A stretch of DNA of 64,000 nucleotides from Thermoleophilia bacterium (GTDB lineage Bacteria > Actinomycetota > Thermoleophilia > Gaiellales > SKUG01): positions 111,462 through 175,461 of the forward strand of contig JAOPYQ010000027.1 in the NCBI GenBank assembly GCA_025964555.1. The letters are read 5' to 3'. The translations under genes were made by a program, and so were the position numbers. This document shows positions 35,227 to 44,746 of this stretch, in pieces. Positions within the stretch are counted from its first letter, which is position 1, and each line of letters opens with the position of its first letter. A model generated the notes under the pieces. That model was given only the letters and a program-made list of their open reading frames with translations, was not told where the DNA came from and made no database searches.

Positions 35227-35340
35227 CCTCGGAGACGCCTTGAGTCACCGTCCCGCGCCTGAACCGTCCAGCATTCGGAGCACGCCCATGGATCGAAAGC
35301 GGCCCCGCGCGTCCGCGGATTTCGTGCTAGACGGCCAGCC

Positions 35341-36858
35341 CTAGCGGATGCCGGGGATCCGCCGCCAGAGCTTCACCACGCGCAGCAGCATCCGCGCGCG
35401 CTTGGGCGAATCGGTCACCCGCAGCAGCAGCTCGTAGCCGCCACCCTTCGCGAACGACTCCACGATCGACTGCTGGCGGCAGTACTTCTGGATGCCCGAC
35501 GCGGCGTGGCGTCGCCCGAGCCCCGACTGGCGGATGCCGCCCATCGGCACGTCGTAGGAGTTGTAGATGAGCAGCGTGGAGTTGACGTTCGCCGTGCCGA
35601 CCTCGAGCCGCCTCGCGATCGCACGTGCCTCGCGTCGCCCACCGGCCCACACCGACCCGTTGAGCCCGAGCTCGGAATCGTTGGCGAGCTCGAGCGCGTG
35701 CTCGGCGCTGCGCACCCGCTCGAGGCGCACCACCGGCCCGAACGTCTCGTCCGCGTGCGCCAGCATCGTCGAGTTCGTGTCGGTCAGCAGCGTCGGCGTC
35801 ACGAACGCCGCGCCCGCCGCGGGCACGTCGGCGCCGCCGACCAGCACGGTCGCGCCCTTGTCGATCGCATCCTGCACGTGCGCGCGCACCTGGCCCGCGT
35901 GCTCGACGCTCGCGAGCGATCCCATGTCAGCGGAGAAGTCCGTCGACCAGCGCACGTCGAGTTCGCCGACGCGCCGGGTGGCGGCGGCGACGAATTCGTC
36001 CCAGATCTCCTCGTGCACGTACACGCGCTCGACGCAGATGCAGGTCTGGCCCGAGTTCGCGAAGCCGCCCGTCATGAGCCCGTGCACGGCGTCGTCGACG
36101 TTCGCGCCCGGCAGCACGAGCATCGGGTTCTTGCCGCCGAGCTCGAGCGAGGACGGGATGAGGCGCTGCGCCGCGCCCGTGGCGATGATGCGCCCGGTGG
36201 CCGTCGAGCCCGTGAAGCCGATCATGTCGACCGCGTCCAAGAGGGGTTCGCCGAGGTCCGGTCCGGTGCCGACGAGCACCTGGAACAGGTCGCCGTCGAG
36301 CCCGGCCTCGATGAGCAGCTCGCGCGCGAGCAGCGTCGACATCGGGGTGACCTCGCTCGGCTTGGTGAGCACCGCGTTGCCGGCGAGCAGTGCCGGCAGC
36401 GCGTCGGCTACGCCGAGGATGAACGGGAAATTCCAGGGCGTGATCATCCCGATCAGGCCGTGCGGGTGCCACGCGGTGCGTGCGCGCGTCAGCAGGGGCA
36501 CGCCGCCGCGTGCCCGCTTCTCGTGCAGGTGGCGGCGGCCGTGCGCGAGGTAGTAGCGCGCGGTGCCGGCCACGGTGACGAGCTCGGCGAGCGCGTCGCG
36601 TCGCGCCTTGCCGTTCTCACGCTGGATGGTGTCCAGGATCTCGTCCTGGCGTTCGAACACCAGGTCGTGGAAGCGGGCGACGACCTTCGCTCGCTCACGC
36701 CACGTTCGCGCGGCCCAGCGTGCCTGCGCCGCGCGAGCTGCACGAGCCATCGCCTCGACGCCCGCCGGATCGGTCGTGGGAATGGACGCGACGAGCTCGC
36801 CCGTGGCCGGGTTGTGCACGTCGAGCTGGGCAGGGGTCGGGGGCGCGGTGGTCTCCAT
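35341..36858 (-). CDS. NAD(P)-dependent aldehyde dehydrogenase (succinate-semialdehyde dehydrogenase-like)
   Basis: Starts at METTAPPTPAQLDVHNPATGE (ATG 36858). Motifs ELGGKNP and GQTCICVER (catalytic Cys). Confidence 0.9.
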   Translation of the reverse strand: METTAPPTPAQLDVHNPATGELVASIPTTDPAGVEAMARAARAAQARWAARTWRERAKVVARFHDLVFERQDEILDTIQRENGKARRDALAELVTVAGTARYYLAHGRRHLHEKRARGGVPLLTRARTAWHPHGLIGMITPWNFPFILGVADALPALLAGNAVLTKPSEVTPMSTLLARELLIEAGLDGDLFQVLVGTGPDLGEPLLDAVDMIGFTGSTATGRIIATGAAQRLIPSSLELGGKNPMLVLPGANVDDAVHGLMTGGFANSGQTCICVERVYVHEEIWDEFVAAATRRVGELDVRWSTDFSADMGSLASVEHAGQVRAHVQDAIDKGATVLVGGADVPAAGAAFVTPTLLTDTNSTMLAHADETFGPVVRLERVRSAEHALELANDSELGLNGSVWAGGRREARAIARRLEVGTANVNSTLLIYNSYDVPMGGIRQSGLGRRHAASGIQKYCRQQSIVESFAKGGGYELLLRVTDSPKRARMLLRVVKLWRRIPGIR

Positions 36859-36904
36859 CGTGTGGTGCGTACCCGGTGGACGGCTACGTGCGATCATTGA
36901 CGGC

Positions 36905-37180
36905 ATGTCGCGCCGAATCCTCAACTGGTGGGAGGGCCTGACCGGACGAGGTCGGGTGCTCGTGGGCATCCCCGTGGCGTGGGTGGCGCTGTTCGCCTTC
37001 CACCAGCTGTTCCCGCTGCTCGACCAGGTCGATCGCGCGATGTACGCGACGATGGAGGCCGTGCCGATCGCGCTCGTGCTCGCGTGGGCCACCCAGAACG
37101 AGATGCGCCGCCGCCTCGAGCGCGCGGACGCGATCTCGAAGTGGGAAGCCGACCACCCCGGCGAGACCTGGCGTGGCTGA
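36905..37180 (+). CDS. Small membrane protein (91 aa), unknown function
   Basis: High-GC3 frame from MSRRILNWWEG. Two hydrophobic segments. Its stop overlaps the next gene's GTG. Confidence 0.55.
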   Translation: MSRRILNWWEGLTGRGRVLVGIPVAWVALFAFHQLFPLLDQVDRAMYATMEAVPIALVLAWATQNEMRRRLERADAISKWEADHPGETWRG

Positions 37181-37742
37181 CGCAGCGCCCGCGGCGCCGA
37201 TGCGGCGCGTGCTCGTCAGCGGCATCAGCGGAGCGGGCAAGACCACGCTCGCCAGGCGGGTCGCCGCAGCCCTCGACCTGCCATACACCGAGCTCGACGC
37301 CCTCCACCACGGCCCGGGCTGGATCAAGCGACCCGAGTTCGAGGCCGACACCGCCGCCCTCGCAGCCAGCGATCGCTGGATCACGGAGGACCAGTACCAG
37401 TCCTTCATCGGCGACCTGCTCTGGCAACGCGCCGACACGTTGCTCTGGCTCGACCTGCCGCGGCGCGTCGTGATGTGGCGCGTCGTCACGCGCACCTTCG
37501 TGCGCATGGTGCTGCGGACGCCGCTCTACAACGGCAATCGCGAGCGGGTGCGCAACCTGCTCAGCTCCGGCCATCCGATCCGATGGGCCTGGACCCACCA
37601 CGCAGATCGGCGGGCGCGGACCCAGGAGCAGGTGGCGGCGCATCCGGACGTCGTCGTCGTGCGCTTTCGGTCCACTGCCGACGTCGCGGCGTGGTGCGGT
37701 CGCCTGGGTGCTCGCGCCGAGGTGTCGTCGCCCGAACCGTGA
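37173..37742 (+). CDS. P-loop NTPase / adenylate-kinase-like AAA protein
   Basis: Walker A GISGAGKTTLA. About 190 aa. Alternative start at ATG 37200 (MRRVLVSG). Confidence 0.75.
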   Translation: MADAAPAAPMRRVLVSGISGAGKTTLARRVAAALDLPYTELDALHHGPGWIKRPEFEADTAALAASDRWITEDQYQSFIGDLLWQRADTLLWLDLPRRVVMWRVVTRTFVRMVLRTPLYNGNRERVRNLLSSGHPIRWAWTHHADRRARTQEQVAAHPDVVVVRFRSTADVAAWCGRLGARAEVSSPEP

Positions 37743-37773
37743 TGCCTGCGGAACTTCGGGCATACACCCCGTC

Positions 37774-38586
37774 GTGATCGAGTTCCGAGATGTCAGCAAG
37801 CGTTACCCGGACGGCACCGTCGCCGTCGAGTCGTTCAGCTTCGTCGTGCCGTCGCACGAGACGGTCGTGTTCGTCGGCTCCTCGGGATCCGGCAAGACGA
37901 CGTTGCTGCGGATGGTCAACCGGATGGTGGATCCGACCTCGGGCACGGTGCTCATCGACGACCAGGACGTGCAGCAGGTCGACAAGGTGCAGCTGCGCCG
38001 CTCGATCGGCTATGTGCTGCAGGGCGTCGGGCTGCTGCCGCACCGCACGATCCTCGACAACGTCGCCACCGTGCCGATGCTCCGGGGCGTCTCGCGCGCG
38101 CACGCGAGGAAGGACGCGCTCGGGCTGCTCGACCGTGTCGGCCTCGATCGCGCGCTCGCCACGCGATATCCGAGCCAGCTGTCGGGTGGGCAGCAGCAGC
38201 GCGTCGGCGTGGCGCGCGCGCTCGCCGCGGATCCCAACATCCTGCTCATGGACGAGCCGTTCGGCGCCGTGGACCCGATCGTGCGCGCCGAGCTGCAGGT
38301 GGAGCTGCGGCGCCTGCAGTCCGAGCTGGGCAAGACGACGGTGTTCGTGACGCACGACGTGGACGAGGCCTTCAAGATCGGTGACCGGGTCGTGATCCTG
38401 AGCGCGGGCGGCAGGATCGAGCAGGCCGACACGCCGGAGCGCATCGTGGCCCATCCCGCCAACGACTTCGTCGCCGACTTCATCGGCGCACGCTCGGCCA
38501 GGCGCACGCTGCGCGTACAGGATGTCGACGGTCGCGAGGTCGTCGTCGACGGCGACGGCCGTCCGGTCGGAATGCTCGCCACGTGA
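37774..38586 (+). CDS. ABC transporter ATP-binding protein (osmoprotectant OpuC/ProV-type)
   Basis: GTG 37774 (VIEFRDVSKRY). Walker A GSSGSGKTT, signature LSGGQQQRV, Walker B LLMDEPF. Confidence 0.9.
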   Translation: MIEFRDVSKRYPDGTVAVESFSFVVPSHETVVFVGSSGSGKTTLLRMVNRMVDPTSGTVLIDDQDVQQVDKVQLRRSIGYVLQGVGLLPHRTILDNVATVPMLRGVSRAHARKDALGLLDRVGLDRALATRYPSQLSGGQQQRVGVARALAADPNILLMDEPFGAVDPIVRAELQVELRRLQSELGKTTVFVTHDVDEAFKIGDRVVILSAGGRIEQADTPERIVAHPANDFVADFIGARSARRTLRVQDVDGREVVVDGDGRPVGMLAT

Positions 38587-39278
38587 ACTGGCTGTCGCAG
38601 AACACGGACCTGGTCTTCGACCTGACGCTCACGCACCTGCGCCTGTCGATCCCGCCGATCCTGCTGAGCCTCGTGCTCGCGATCGCGATCGGCTACCTCG
38701 CGCATCGCCAACGCTTCGCGCGCGGCCCGGTGCTGACGCTCACCGGGCTGCTGTACGCGGTGCCGTCGCTGCCGCTGTTCATCATGATCCCGGTCGTGTT
38801 CGGCACGCCGCTGCGTTCGGGCTCGACGATGATCATCGCGCTGACCATCTACGGCGTCGCGCTGCTCGTGCGCTCCGCCGCCGATGCGTTCGGCTCCGTC
38901 GACCGGAGCGTGCACGAGACGGCGAACGCGGTGGGCTTCTCGCCGTGGGCGAGGTTCTGGCGCGTCGAGCTGCCGCTCGCGGGCCCGGTCCTGCTCGCCG
39001 GACTGCGCGTGGTCGCGGTCAGCACGGTCAGCCTCGTCACCGTCGGTGCAGTCATCGGCATCCAGAGCCTCGGCACGCTGTTCACCGACGGCTTCCAGCG
39101 CGGCATCCAGGCCGAGATCTTCACCGGCGTCATCCTCACGATCCTCGTCGGCTACCTCCTCGACACCGCGTGCGTGTGGACGGGCCGGCTGCTCATGCCA
39201 TGGACGCGCCCGCGCCCGCGCACGAACTCGCGCGCACCGCTGCACGTGCCCGCCGACGTCGCAGGAGGCGCACGATGA
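38583..39278 (+). CDS. ABC transporter permease (Opu-type)
   Basis: Multi-TM BPD-type permease. Overlaps the upstream stop by 4 nt. Confidence 0.85.
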   Translation: MNWLSQNTDLVFDLTLTHLRLSIPPILLSLVLAIAIGYLAHRQRFARGPVLTLTGLLYAVPSLPLFIMIPVVFGTPLRSGSTMIIALTIYGVALLVRSAADAFGSVDRSVHETANAVGFSPWARFWRVELPLAGPVLLAGLRVVAVSTVSLVTVGAVIGIQSLGTLFTDGFQRGIQAEIFTGVILTILVGYLLDTACVWTGRLLMPWTRPRPRTNSRAPLHVPADVAGGAR

Positions 39279-39946
39279 CGCTGGTGCAGGGCGCCCTCGA
39301 CTGGCTCGGCGATCCCGCCAACTGGCGCGGACTGTCGGGCATCCAGCAGCGACTCGTCGAACACCTCGCGATCACCGGAGCCGTGATCCTCGTCGCCGCG
39401 CTCATCGCACTGCCGCTCGGGATCCTCGTCGGGCACACGCGGCGCGGCCGGGGGACGGTCGTCGCACTCACGAGCGGCGTGCGGTCGATCCCGACGCTCG
39501 GCCTGCTCACGATCCTCGCGCTCAACCTCGGGATCGGGCTCACCGCGCCGGTGCTCGCACTCATCGTGCTGGCGATCCCGCCACTGCTTGCGGGCGCGTA
39601 TGCCGGGATCGAATCGGTCAGCGTCGACGCGGTCGATGCATCGCGCGGGATCGGCATGACCGAGTGGCAGCTGGTGCGCGCCGTCGAGGTGCCGCTCGCG
39701 CTGCCGGTGATCGTCGGCGGGCTGCGCTCCGCGACGTTGCAGGTGGTGGCCACGGCGACCTTGGCGGCCTATGTCGCGGATGCGGGGCTCGGCAGGTTCC
39801 TGTTCAGCGGACTCAAGCAACGACAGTATTCGGAGATGTTGGGCGGCGCGATCCTCGTGGCGACCCTGGCGCTCGTGCTAGAAACCGCACTCGCGCTCAT
39901 GCAGCGAGTGCTGACGACAGTTCCCCCAGACACAGGACGACCATGA
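39275..39946 (+). CDS. ABC transporter permease (Opu-type), second subunit
   Basis: Starts at MTLVQGALDWLGD (ATG 39275, ATGA overlap). Multi-TM. Confidence 0.85.
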   Translation: MTLVQGALDWLGDPANWRGLSGIQQRLVEHLAITGAVILVAALIALPLGILVGHTRRGRGTVVALTSGVRSIPTLGLLTILALNLGIGLTAPVLALIVLAIPPLLAGAYAGIESVSVDAVDASRGIGMTEWQLVRAVEVPLALPVIVGGLRSATLQVVATATLAAYVADAGLGRFLFSGLKQRQYSEMLGGAILVATLALVLETALALMQRVLTTVPPDTGRP

Positions 39947-40875
39947 ACCCCTCGCTCCACCGCCGCCTGCTCCAGTTCGGCATCGCAGCCCTCGCATCCG
40001 TCGCGCTCGTCGCGTGTGGCAGCGACGACTCCGATCCGCTCAAGGATTCCTCCTCGTCCAAGACGTCGTCGGGTGAGACGATCGTGATCGGCTCGCAGGA
40101 CTACTACTCGAGCGAGATCATCGCCGAGATCTATGCGCAGGCCCTCGAGTCCGCGGACTACACGGTCAAGCGCGACTTCAAGATCGGCCAGCGCGAGGTG
40201 TACGTGCCGGAGATCGAGAACGGCTCGATCGACCTGTTCCCGGAGTACAGCGGTCCGCTGCTGCAGTACTGGGAACCGAAGACCGAGGCGCGCCTGAGCG
40301 TCGACGTCTTCGACGCGCTCGTGGAGGCCGCGCCCAAGGGGCTCAATATCCTCGACCAGTCCGACGCCACCGACCAGGACTCCTACGTCGTGACTCGCGA
40401 GTTCGCGGACGAGTACGACCTCGAGACGCTCGAGGACCTCGCCAAGGTCGACGACAAGCTCACGATCGGGGCGAACTCCGAGCTCGAAGGTCGCCCCAAC
40501 GGACCGAAGGGTCTCGAGAAGGCGTACGGGTTCGAGCCCGCGTTCACCCCGATCGAGGACAGCGGTGGCCCGCTCACGGTCAAGGCGCTCAAGGACGGCA
40601 CCATCCAGATGGCGATCATCTACACCGCCGACCCGTCGATCTCGAAGAACGACCTCGTCGCGCTCCAGGACACCAAGGGCCTGTTCCTCGCGTCGCACGT
40701 CGTCCCCGTCGCCAGCGACAAGCTCGACGACGACGCGGTCGCGATCATCAACAAGATCAGCGCCGAGCTGACACCCGAAGGCCTCGTGGCCCTCAACGCC
40801 GAGAGCGTCGACAAGCAGTCACCGGCGAAGGACATCGCCAAGGGCTGGCTCGCCGACCACGACGTCACCGCCTAG
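39943..40875 (+). CDS. Glycine betaine/choline-type ABC substrate-binding lipoprotein
   Basis: ATG 39943 (ATGA overlap). Lipobox LVACGS. OpuBC/OpuCC-like core: IVIGSQDYYSSEIIAEIYAQALE...FPEYSG. Confidence 0.85.
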   Translation: MNPSLHRRLLQFGIAALASVALVACGSDDSDPLKDSSSSKTSSGETIVIGSQDYYSSEIIAEIYAQALESADYTVKRDFKIGQREVYVPEIENGSIDLFPEYSGPLLQYWEPKTEARLSVDVFDALVEAAPKGLNILDQSDATDQDSYVVTREFADEYDLETLEDLAKVDDKLTIGANSELEGRPNGPKGLEKAYGFEPAFTPIEDSGGPLTVKALKDGTIQMAIIYTADPSISKNDLVALQDTKGLFLASHVVPVASDKLDDDAVAIINKISAELTPEGLVALNAESVDKQSPAKDIAKGWLADHDVTA

Positions 40876-40957
40876 CAGCGCGAATCAGCTCCCGTTCGTT
40901 CACTGACCCCGCAGGCGGGTAGCCCGTGGGGAAACGCGAGAGCGAATGGGAGGCGAC

Positions 40958-41704
40958 ATGCACCTGCAGCGTGATGCGGCGCCCGGGATCCACCGGATCG
41001 AGGACGCCTACGTGAACTGGTACCTCGTCGAGGCCGAGGATGGCGTCTGCATCGTGGACGCCGGCCATCCGCGGTCGTGGCACTCGCTGGAGCGAGTCCT
41101 CGAGGGACTCGGTCGCGTGCCCGGCGACATCAAGGCGGTGGTGCTGACCCATGCCCACTTCGACCACGTCGGTTTCGCCGAACGCGCGCGCACCGAGCTC
41201 GACGTCCCGGTCTGGGTGCACGAGGCGGACGAGGCGCTCGCATCGGACCCGTGGGACTACGAGCACGAGCGCAGTCGACTGCCGTACGCGGCGAAGCATC
41301 CGTCCTTCGACGTCGCGTTCGCGGCGATGGGCGCCGAGGGCGCGCTGTTCGTACGAGGCGTGCAGGAGGTGCGCACGTTCACCGACGGCCAGGTGCTCGC
41401 GGTGCCGGGATCGCCGACGGTCGTGCACGTCCCGGGCCACACCCACGGATCCTGTGCCCTGTACTACCCCGAGCGGGACACGCTCATCACCGGCGACGCC
41501 ATCGTGACGCACGATCCGTACACGAACGGCGACGGCCCTCGCATCATCGCTGGGGCCGCCACCGCCGACTCGGCCCAGGCGCTCGCCTCGCTGGACGCGC
41601 TCCTGCAGACACCTGCGACGCTACTGCTCGTGGGGCACGGCGAGCCGTGGGTCGACGGCGTGGAGTCGGCGGTCGCGGCGGCGCGCGAGGTTGGCGCCAC
41701 CTGA
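40958..41704 (+). CDS. MBL-fold metallo-hydrolase
   Basis: THAHFDH (HxHxDH) and later PGHTHGS. GGGAGG sits 4 nt before ATG 40958, so I prefer that start to the listed 40946. Confidence 0.85.
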   Translation: MHLQRDAAPGIHRIEDAYVNWYLVEAEDGVCIVDAGHPRSWHSLERVLEGLGRVPGDIKAVVLTHAHFDHVGFAERARTELDVPVWVHEADEALASDPWDYEHERSRLPYAAKHPSFDVAFAAMGAEGALFVRGVQEVRTFTDGQVLAVPGSPTVVHVPGHTHGSCALYYPERDTLITGDAIVTHDPYTNGDGPRIIAGAATADSAQALASLDALLQTPATLLLVGHGEPWVDGVESAVAAAREVGAT

Positions 41705-41794
41705 CGCCATCTGACGCGACCGGCTCCCGGCCCGGCGCTGCCTCTGCACGTGCGTGGCCTGCTTCCATGCAGGCGTGGCCGAGCACCCCGTCGC

Positions 41795-42634
41795 CTACCG
41801 CGTGATCGCGCCGCACGGCGCGGCCACCTCGATGCAGTCCCAGCGCAGCTGGCGCAGGGTCGGCATGCGCCACGCGTTCCAGAAGTCGCCGTGCATGCCG
41901 GTCGGGTCGAGCATGTCGTCGGCGAGGCGCACGATCGTCGGCGACTGCGGCCGCACCGGCCACGTCACGAGCGTCGCCACGCGCATGATCGCCACGGGGT
42001 GGCTCGACGGGCAGACCGTGTGCGGCGTGGCGCCGCCGACCGATGCGTAGGCCATGTGCGACCTGTGGTTGGCGGAATCGAGGTGGCGCCCGTCCCAGCA
42101 GTCGGGGAAGCGCACCCACGCGCCAAGCCGCTCGCCGTTCCGGCAGGCCGGCACGACGTTGGACTGCGTCATGCGCCCGCGGCCCACGCACTGCCAGCTC
42201 GTCACGCGCATCGACTGCGGCGTGGTCGAGTGCAGGTCGCCCGCGATCATCCGCAGCCCGCGCGGCGGAGCGGCGGCCTGGCGCTTGCCGGCGCGTTGGT
42301 AGTACACGGTCATGGCGCCATGCACGAGCGTGCTGCGTACCTCGAGCGTCGGAACCCAGTACGCCGCGGTGTCGCTGCGGCTCGCGCAGCTCGTCGCGGA
42401 ACGCTCGAGCGACGCGGTCGTCGAGGCGGCATCGGCGGAGCGCGCACCGAAGAACTCGTGGCGGTGCGCAGCGCCCGGACGGCCGGGATAGACGATCGGG
42501 TCGTCGTTCGCGACATGCGAGCTCGCGCACTCGACCCTGAAGGAATTCGCGAGCGCGTCGGACGGCGCGGCGAACGTCGTCCCCATGAGTGCGAGGAGCA
42601 GCGTGAGCGTGAGCGGGAGTGGACGGCGGTGCAT
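41795..42634 (-). CDS. Secreted DUF1996-like protein
   Basis: Signal peptide. The pattern DDPIVYPGRPGAAHRHEFFG and a Cys-rich body match what I recall of DUF1996. Its start lies 1 nt after the upstream gene's stop. Confidence 0.7.
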   Translation of the reverse strand: MHRRPLPLTLTLLLALMGTTFAAPSDALANSFRVECASSHVANDDPIVYPGRPGAAHRHEFFGARSADAASTTASLERSATSCASRSDTAAYWVPTLEVRSTLVHGAMTVYYQRAGKRQAAAPPRGLRMIAGDLHSTTPQSMRVTSWQCVGRGRMTQSNVVPACRNGERLGAWVRFPDCWDGRHLDSANHRSHMAYASVGGATPHTVCPSSHPVAIMRVATLVTWPVRPQSPTIVRLADDMLDPTGMHGDFWNAWRMPTLRQLRWDCIEVAAPCGAITR

Positions 42635-42635
42635 G

Positions 42636-44495
42636 TCAGTACGTGCCGTTCGGACCGATCGTGGGGATCGGCTGCGCGCCGGGACAACCGCGGTTGGATC
42701 CGGTCCACGGCAGCTTCACCACGACGCTCGAGGCGTTGTCGTCCTCGTTGGATTCGTAGATGACGTTCGTGGGGTCGGCGACGTGCACGTAGGCGAAGCA
42801 GCCGCGCAGGCCGGTGACGTCGATCCAGTTCTCGTGGTAGGTGGACGGGTACACGTCGCTCCAGCCGACGGACGTGCCGAGCGTGACGGTCTGCTGCGAG
42901 AGGCGCTGGCTGCAGCCCGGGAAGTGGTAGCGGCGCGGTGAGCCGGGGAGCCGGCCGAACCGGCGCTGGAGGTCCCGGAGGCAGTACACCGTCTTGGGGC
43001 CGATCTTGGTGCGTTCGACGGGGTCGCCGGCGGCGTTGAGGCGCCACAGTTCCATGCGCGCGGCGCCGTTCCACTTCCAGTAGCGGTACTGGCCGGGGAC
43101 CGCCTTGAACAGCAGCTTCGCGCCGGTGTCGATGAGCACGGGGGTGTCGTTGACGCGGTGCAGCACCTGTCGCGCGGCCATCGTGAACTGGCTGTCGCGG
43201 CGGCCGCGGAGCGAGGCCGGCCCGGTGCCGCGGCTGTCGAGCGAGTTGGTGCTGTAGAGGATCGAGCGTCGACCGCGGTGGCCAAGGGCGACGTCCGCGG
43301 GCCTGGACATGCGCAGGTTCGGACAGCGGAAGCTCGCCTCGTCCGGGCCGTAGCAGGGGTTGAGGGGGCGGCTGCGCGGGCCGGTGGTCGGATACAGGTA
43401 GTGCAGGCGCCAGGTCGCGTCGTCGGGCATCGGGGTCGGCTCGCCGGGGCGGTCGGGGTGGGGCACGCCACGCCATGACCAGGCGAGTGCGCCGGCATAG
43501 CCCTGGCGAACGTACGCGTCGAGGGCAGTGGACGCGGCGTCGTCGGAGGGGGCGTCGAAGCCGCCGATCATGATCGGGGCGTCGGCGGCCTCGGCGGCGC
43601 GAACGTCGGCAGCGGCGCGGCAGGTGGCGCAGGCGTCGCCGGACATCGTGGTGATGTGCTGGGGGTCGTAGGCGTCGACGCGGAGGCCGGTCCAGACGTC
43701 GATGCGGGTGATGTCGCTCGGGCCGATGAGGATGTTCTTGGTCGGGGCGGCCGCGCGCAGCGGCTCGATGATCCCGGCGGCATGGAGGCGCAGCTGTTCG
43801 CGGGTCGCGAGGGCGGTGTCGGCGAGGCGTTCGGCGCCGGTGACGACCTCCCACCCGAACAGGTGGTGGTGGTTGCGATAGCGCGCGAACAGCGGGCGCA
43901 GCGCGGCGCCGAGCGCGGCGGACTGGGCGGGGTCGGTGATCCAGGAGCGCGGGATGCTGTCCGGGTCGGGAAAGAGCACCGGGAGGAGGAAGACGTCGTT
44001 GCGCTCGGCGAGCGTGAGGGCGACCTCCATGTCGAACACCACGGCGGGGTTGACGGCGGTGGGGGTGCCGTCGGCGGTTCGCTGCACCTGCCAGGCATCG
44101 TTGGGGAAGAGTTCCCAGCGCACGACGCGAACGCCGCGGCGCGACATGTCGCGGAAGATGACGTCGAGCTTGTCCCGGTTGGCACGAACGCCTCGGGTGC
44201 GGCCGCAGCCGAAGTCGCAGCCACGATCGATCCAGGGGAGATTGGCGCCGAGCGCGAACCAGCGGCCGTTGAACGCGTCGAGGGGCGCGATCGGCTGGAC
44301 CGGCGTGGCGGCGCCGGCAGCCGGAGCTGCAGCGAGCGTCGGGGTCGTCGTCGCGGCGGCGGCGGCGGCGAAGGCCGCGAGCACGAGAACGCCGACGAGC
44401 GTGATCGCCCTCCCGTACGCGCGCGCACGCGCGCGCGGGAACGAGAAACGACCGGCGAGACGGTCGAGGATGGTGGATTCCGGATCCAGAAGCAT
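42636..44495 (-). CDS. Secreted two-domain protein: GH5-like TIM-barrel domain + C-terminal lysyl-oxidase-like domain
   Basis: N-terminal anchor or signal (ITLVGVLVLAAFAAAAAA). Mannanase/cellulase-like segments FALGANLPWIDRGCDFG and VRVVRWELFP. The C-terminal ~220 aa are collinear with the LOX catalytic domain (GPKTVYCLRD; GWSDVYPSTYHENWIDVTGLRGCFAYVHVADPTNVIYESNEDDN). Confidence 0.7.
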   Translation of the reverse strand: MLLDPESTILDRLAGRFSFPRARARAYGRAITLVGVLVLAAFAAAAAATTTPTLAAAPAAGAATPVQPIAPLDAFNGRWFALGANLPWIDRGCDFGCGRTRGVRANRDKLDVIFRDMSRRGVRVVRWELFPNDAWQVQRTADGTPTAVNPAVVFDMEVALTLAERNDVFLLPVLFPDPDSIPRSWITDPAQSAALGAALRPLFARYRNHHHLFGWEVVTGAERLADTALATREQLRLHAAGIIEPLRAAAPTKNILIGPSDITRIDVWTGLRVDAYDPQHITTMSGDACATCRAAADVRAAEAADAPIMIGGFDAPSDDAASTALDAYVRQGYAGALAWSWRGVPHPDRPGEPTPMPDDATWRLHYLYPTTGPRSRPLNPCYGPDEASFRCPNLRMSRPADVALGHRGRRSILYSTNSLDSRGTGPASLRGRRDSQFTMAARQVLHRVNDTPVLIDTGAKLLFKAVPGQYRYWKWNGAARMELWRLNAAGDPVERTKIGPKTVYCLRDLQRRFGRLPGSPRRYHFPGCSQRLSQQTVTLGTSVGWSDVYPSTYHENWIDVTGLRGCFAYVHVADPTNVIYESNEDDNASSVVVKLPWTGSNRGCPGAQPIPTIGPNGTY

Positions 44496-44746
44496 GGTCG
44501 CTATGTATCACGCCGAGGCCGGGCCGCGCATGGTGCGACGCCTCCCGAACGATCGATCCGGAGCGTGCTGGAAGGTCTGCAATGCGTCGAAGGCCAAGGG
44601 TGCGGCCCTGCGTCCGACGGGCTTTTTCGTCGTCGAGCGGTAGAATTCCGGAAATTCGAGGGCGTAGGGTGCATGCAGCCTGCGACATGGCGGCCATCGC
44701 GGGCCTTGACCCGAACACACGTCCGTCCCTAAGGTTCCCGCTCCAG

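Noticed and set aside
34163-35248. 361-aa ORF spanning both NlpC/P60 genes
   Set aside because: Only its last 151 aa (from MVRRTMTTML) form a sensible secreted P60 protein. The upstream part is off-frame relative to the second P60 gene (34753-35226) and is Arg-rich.
44496-44746. Possible c-di-AMP (ydaO-type) riboswitch upstream of the RlpA-like cell-wall gene, given the nearby DAC-domain gene and the known link of that riboswitch to actinobacterial wall hydrolases
   Set aside because: I could not find the conserved ydaO sequence blocks or its pseudo-two-fold architecture by eye. Only a generic hairpin plus a T5 run is present. A covariance-model scan would settle it.
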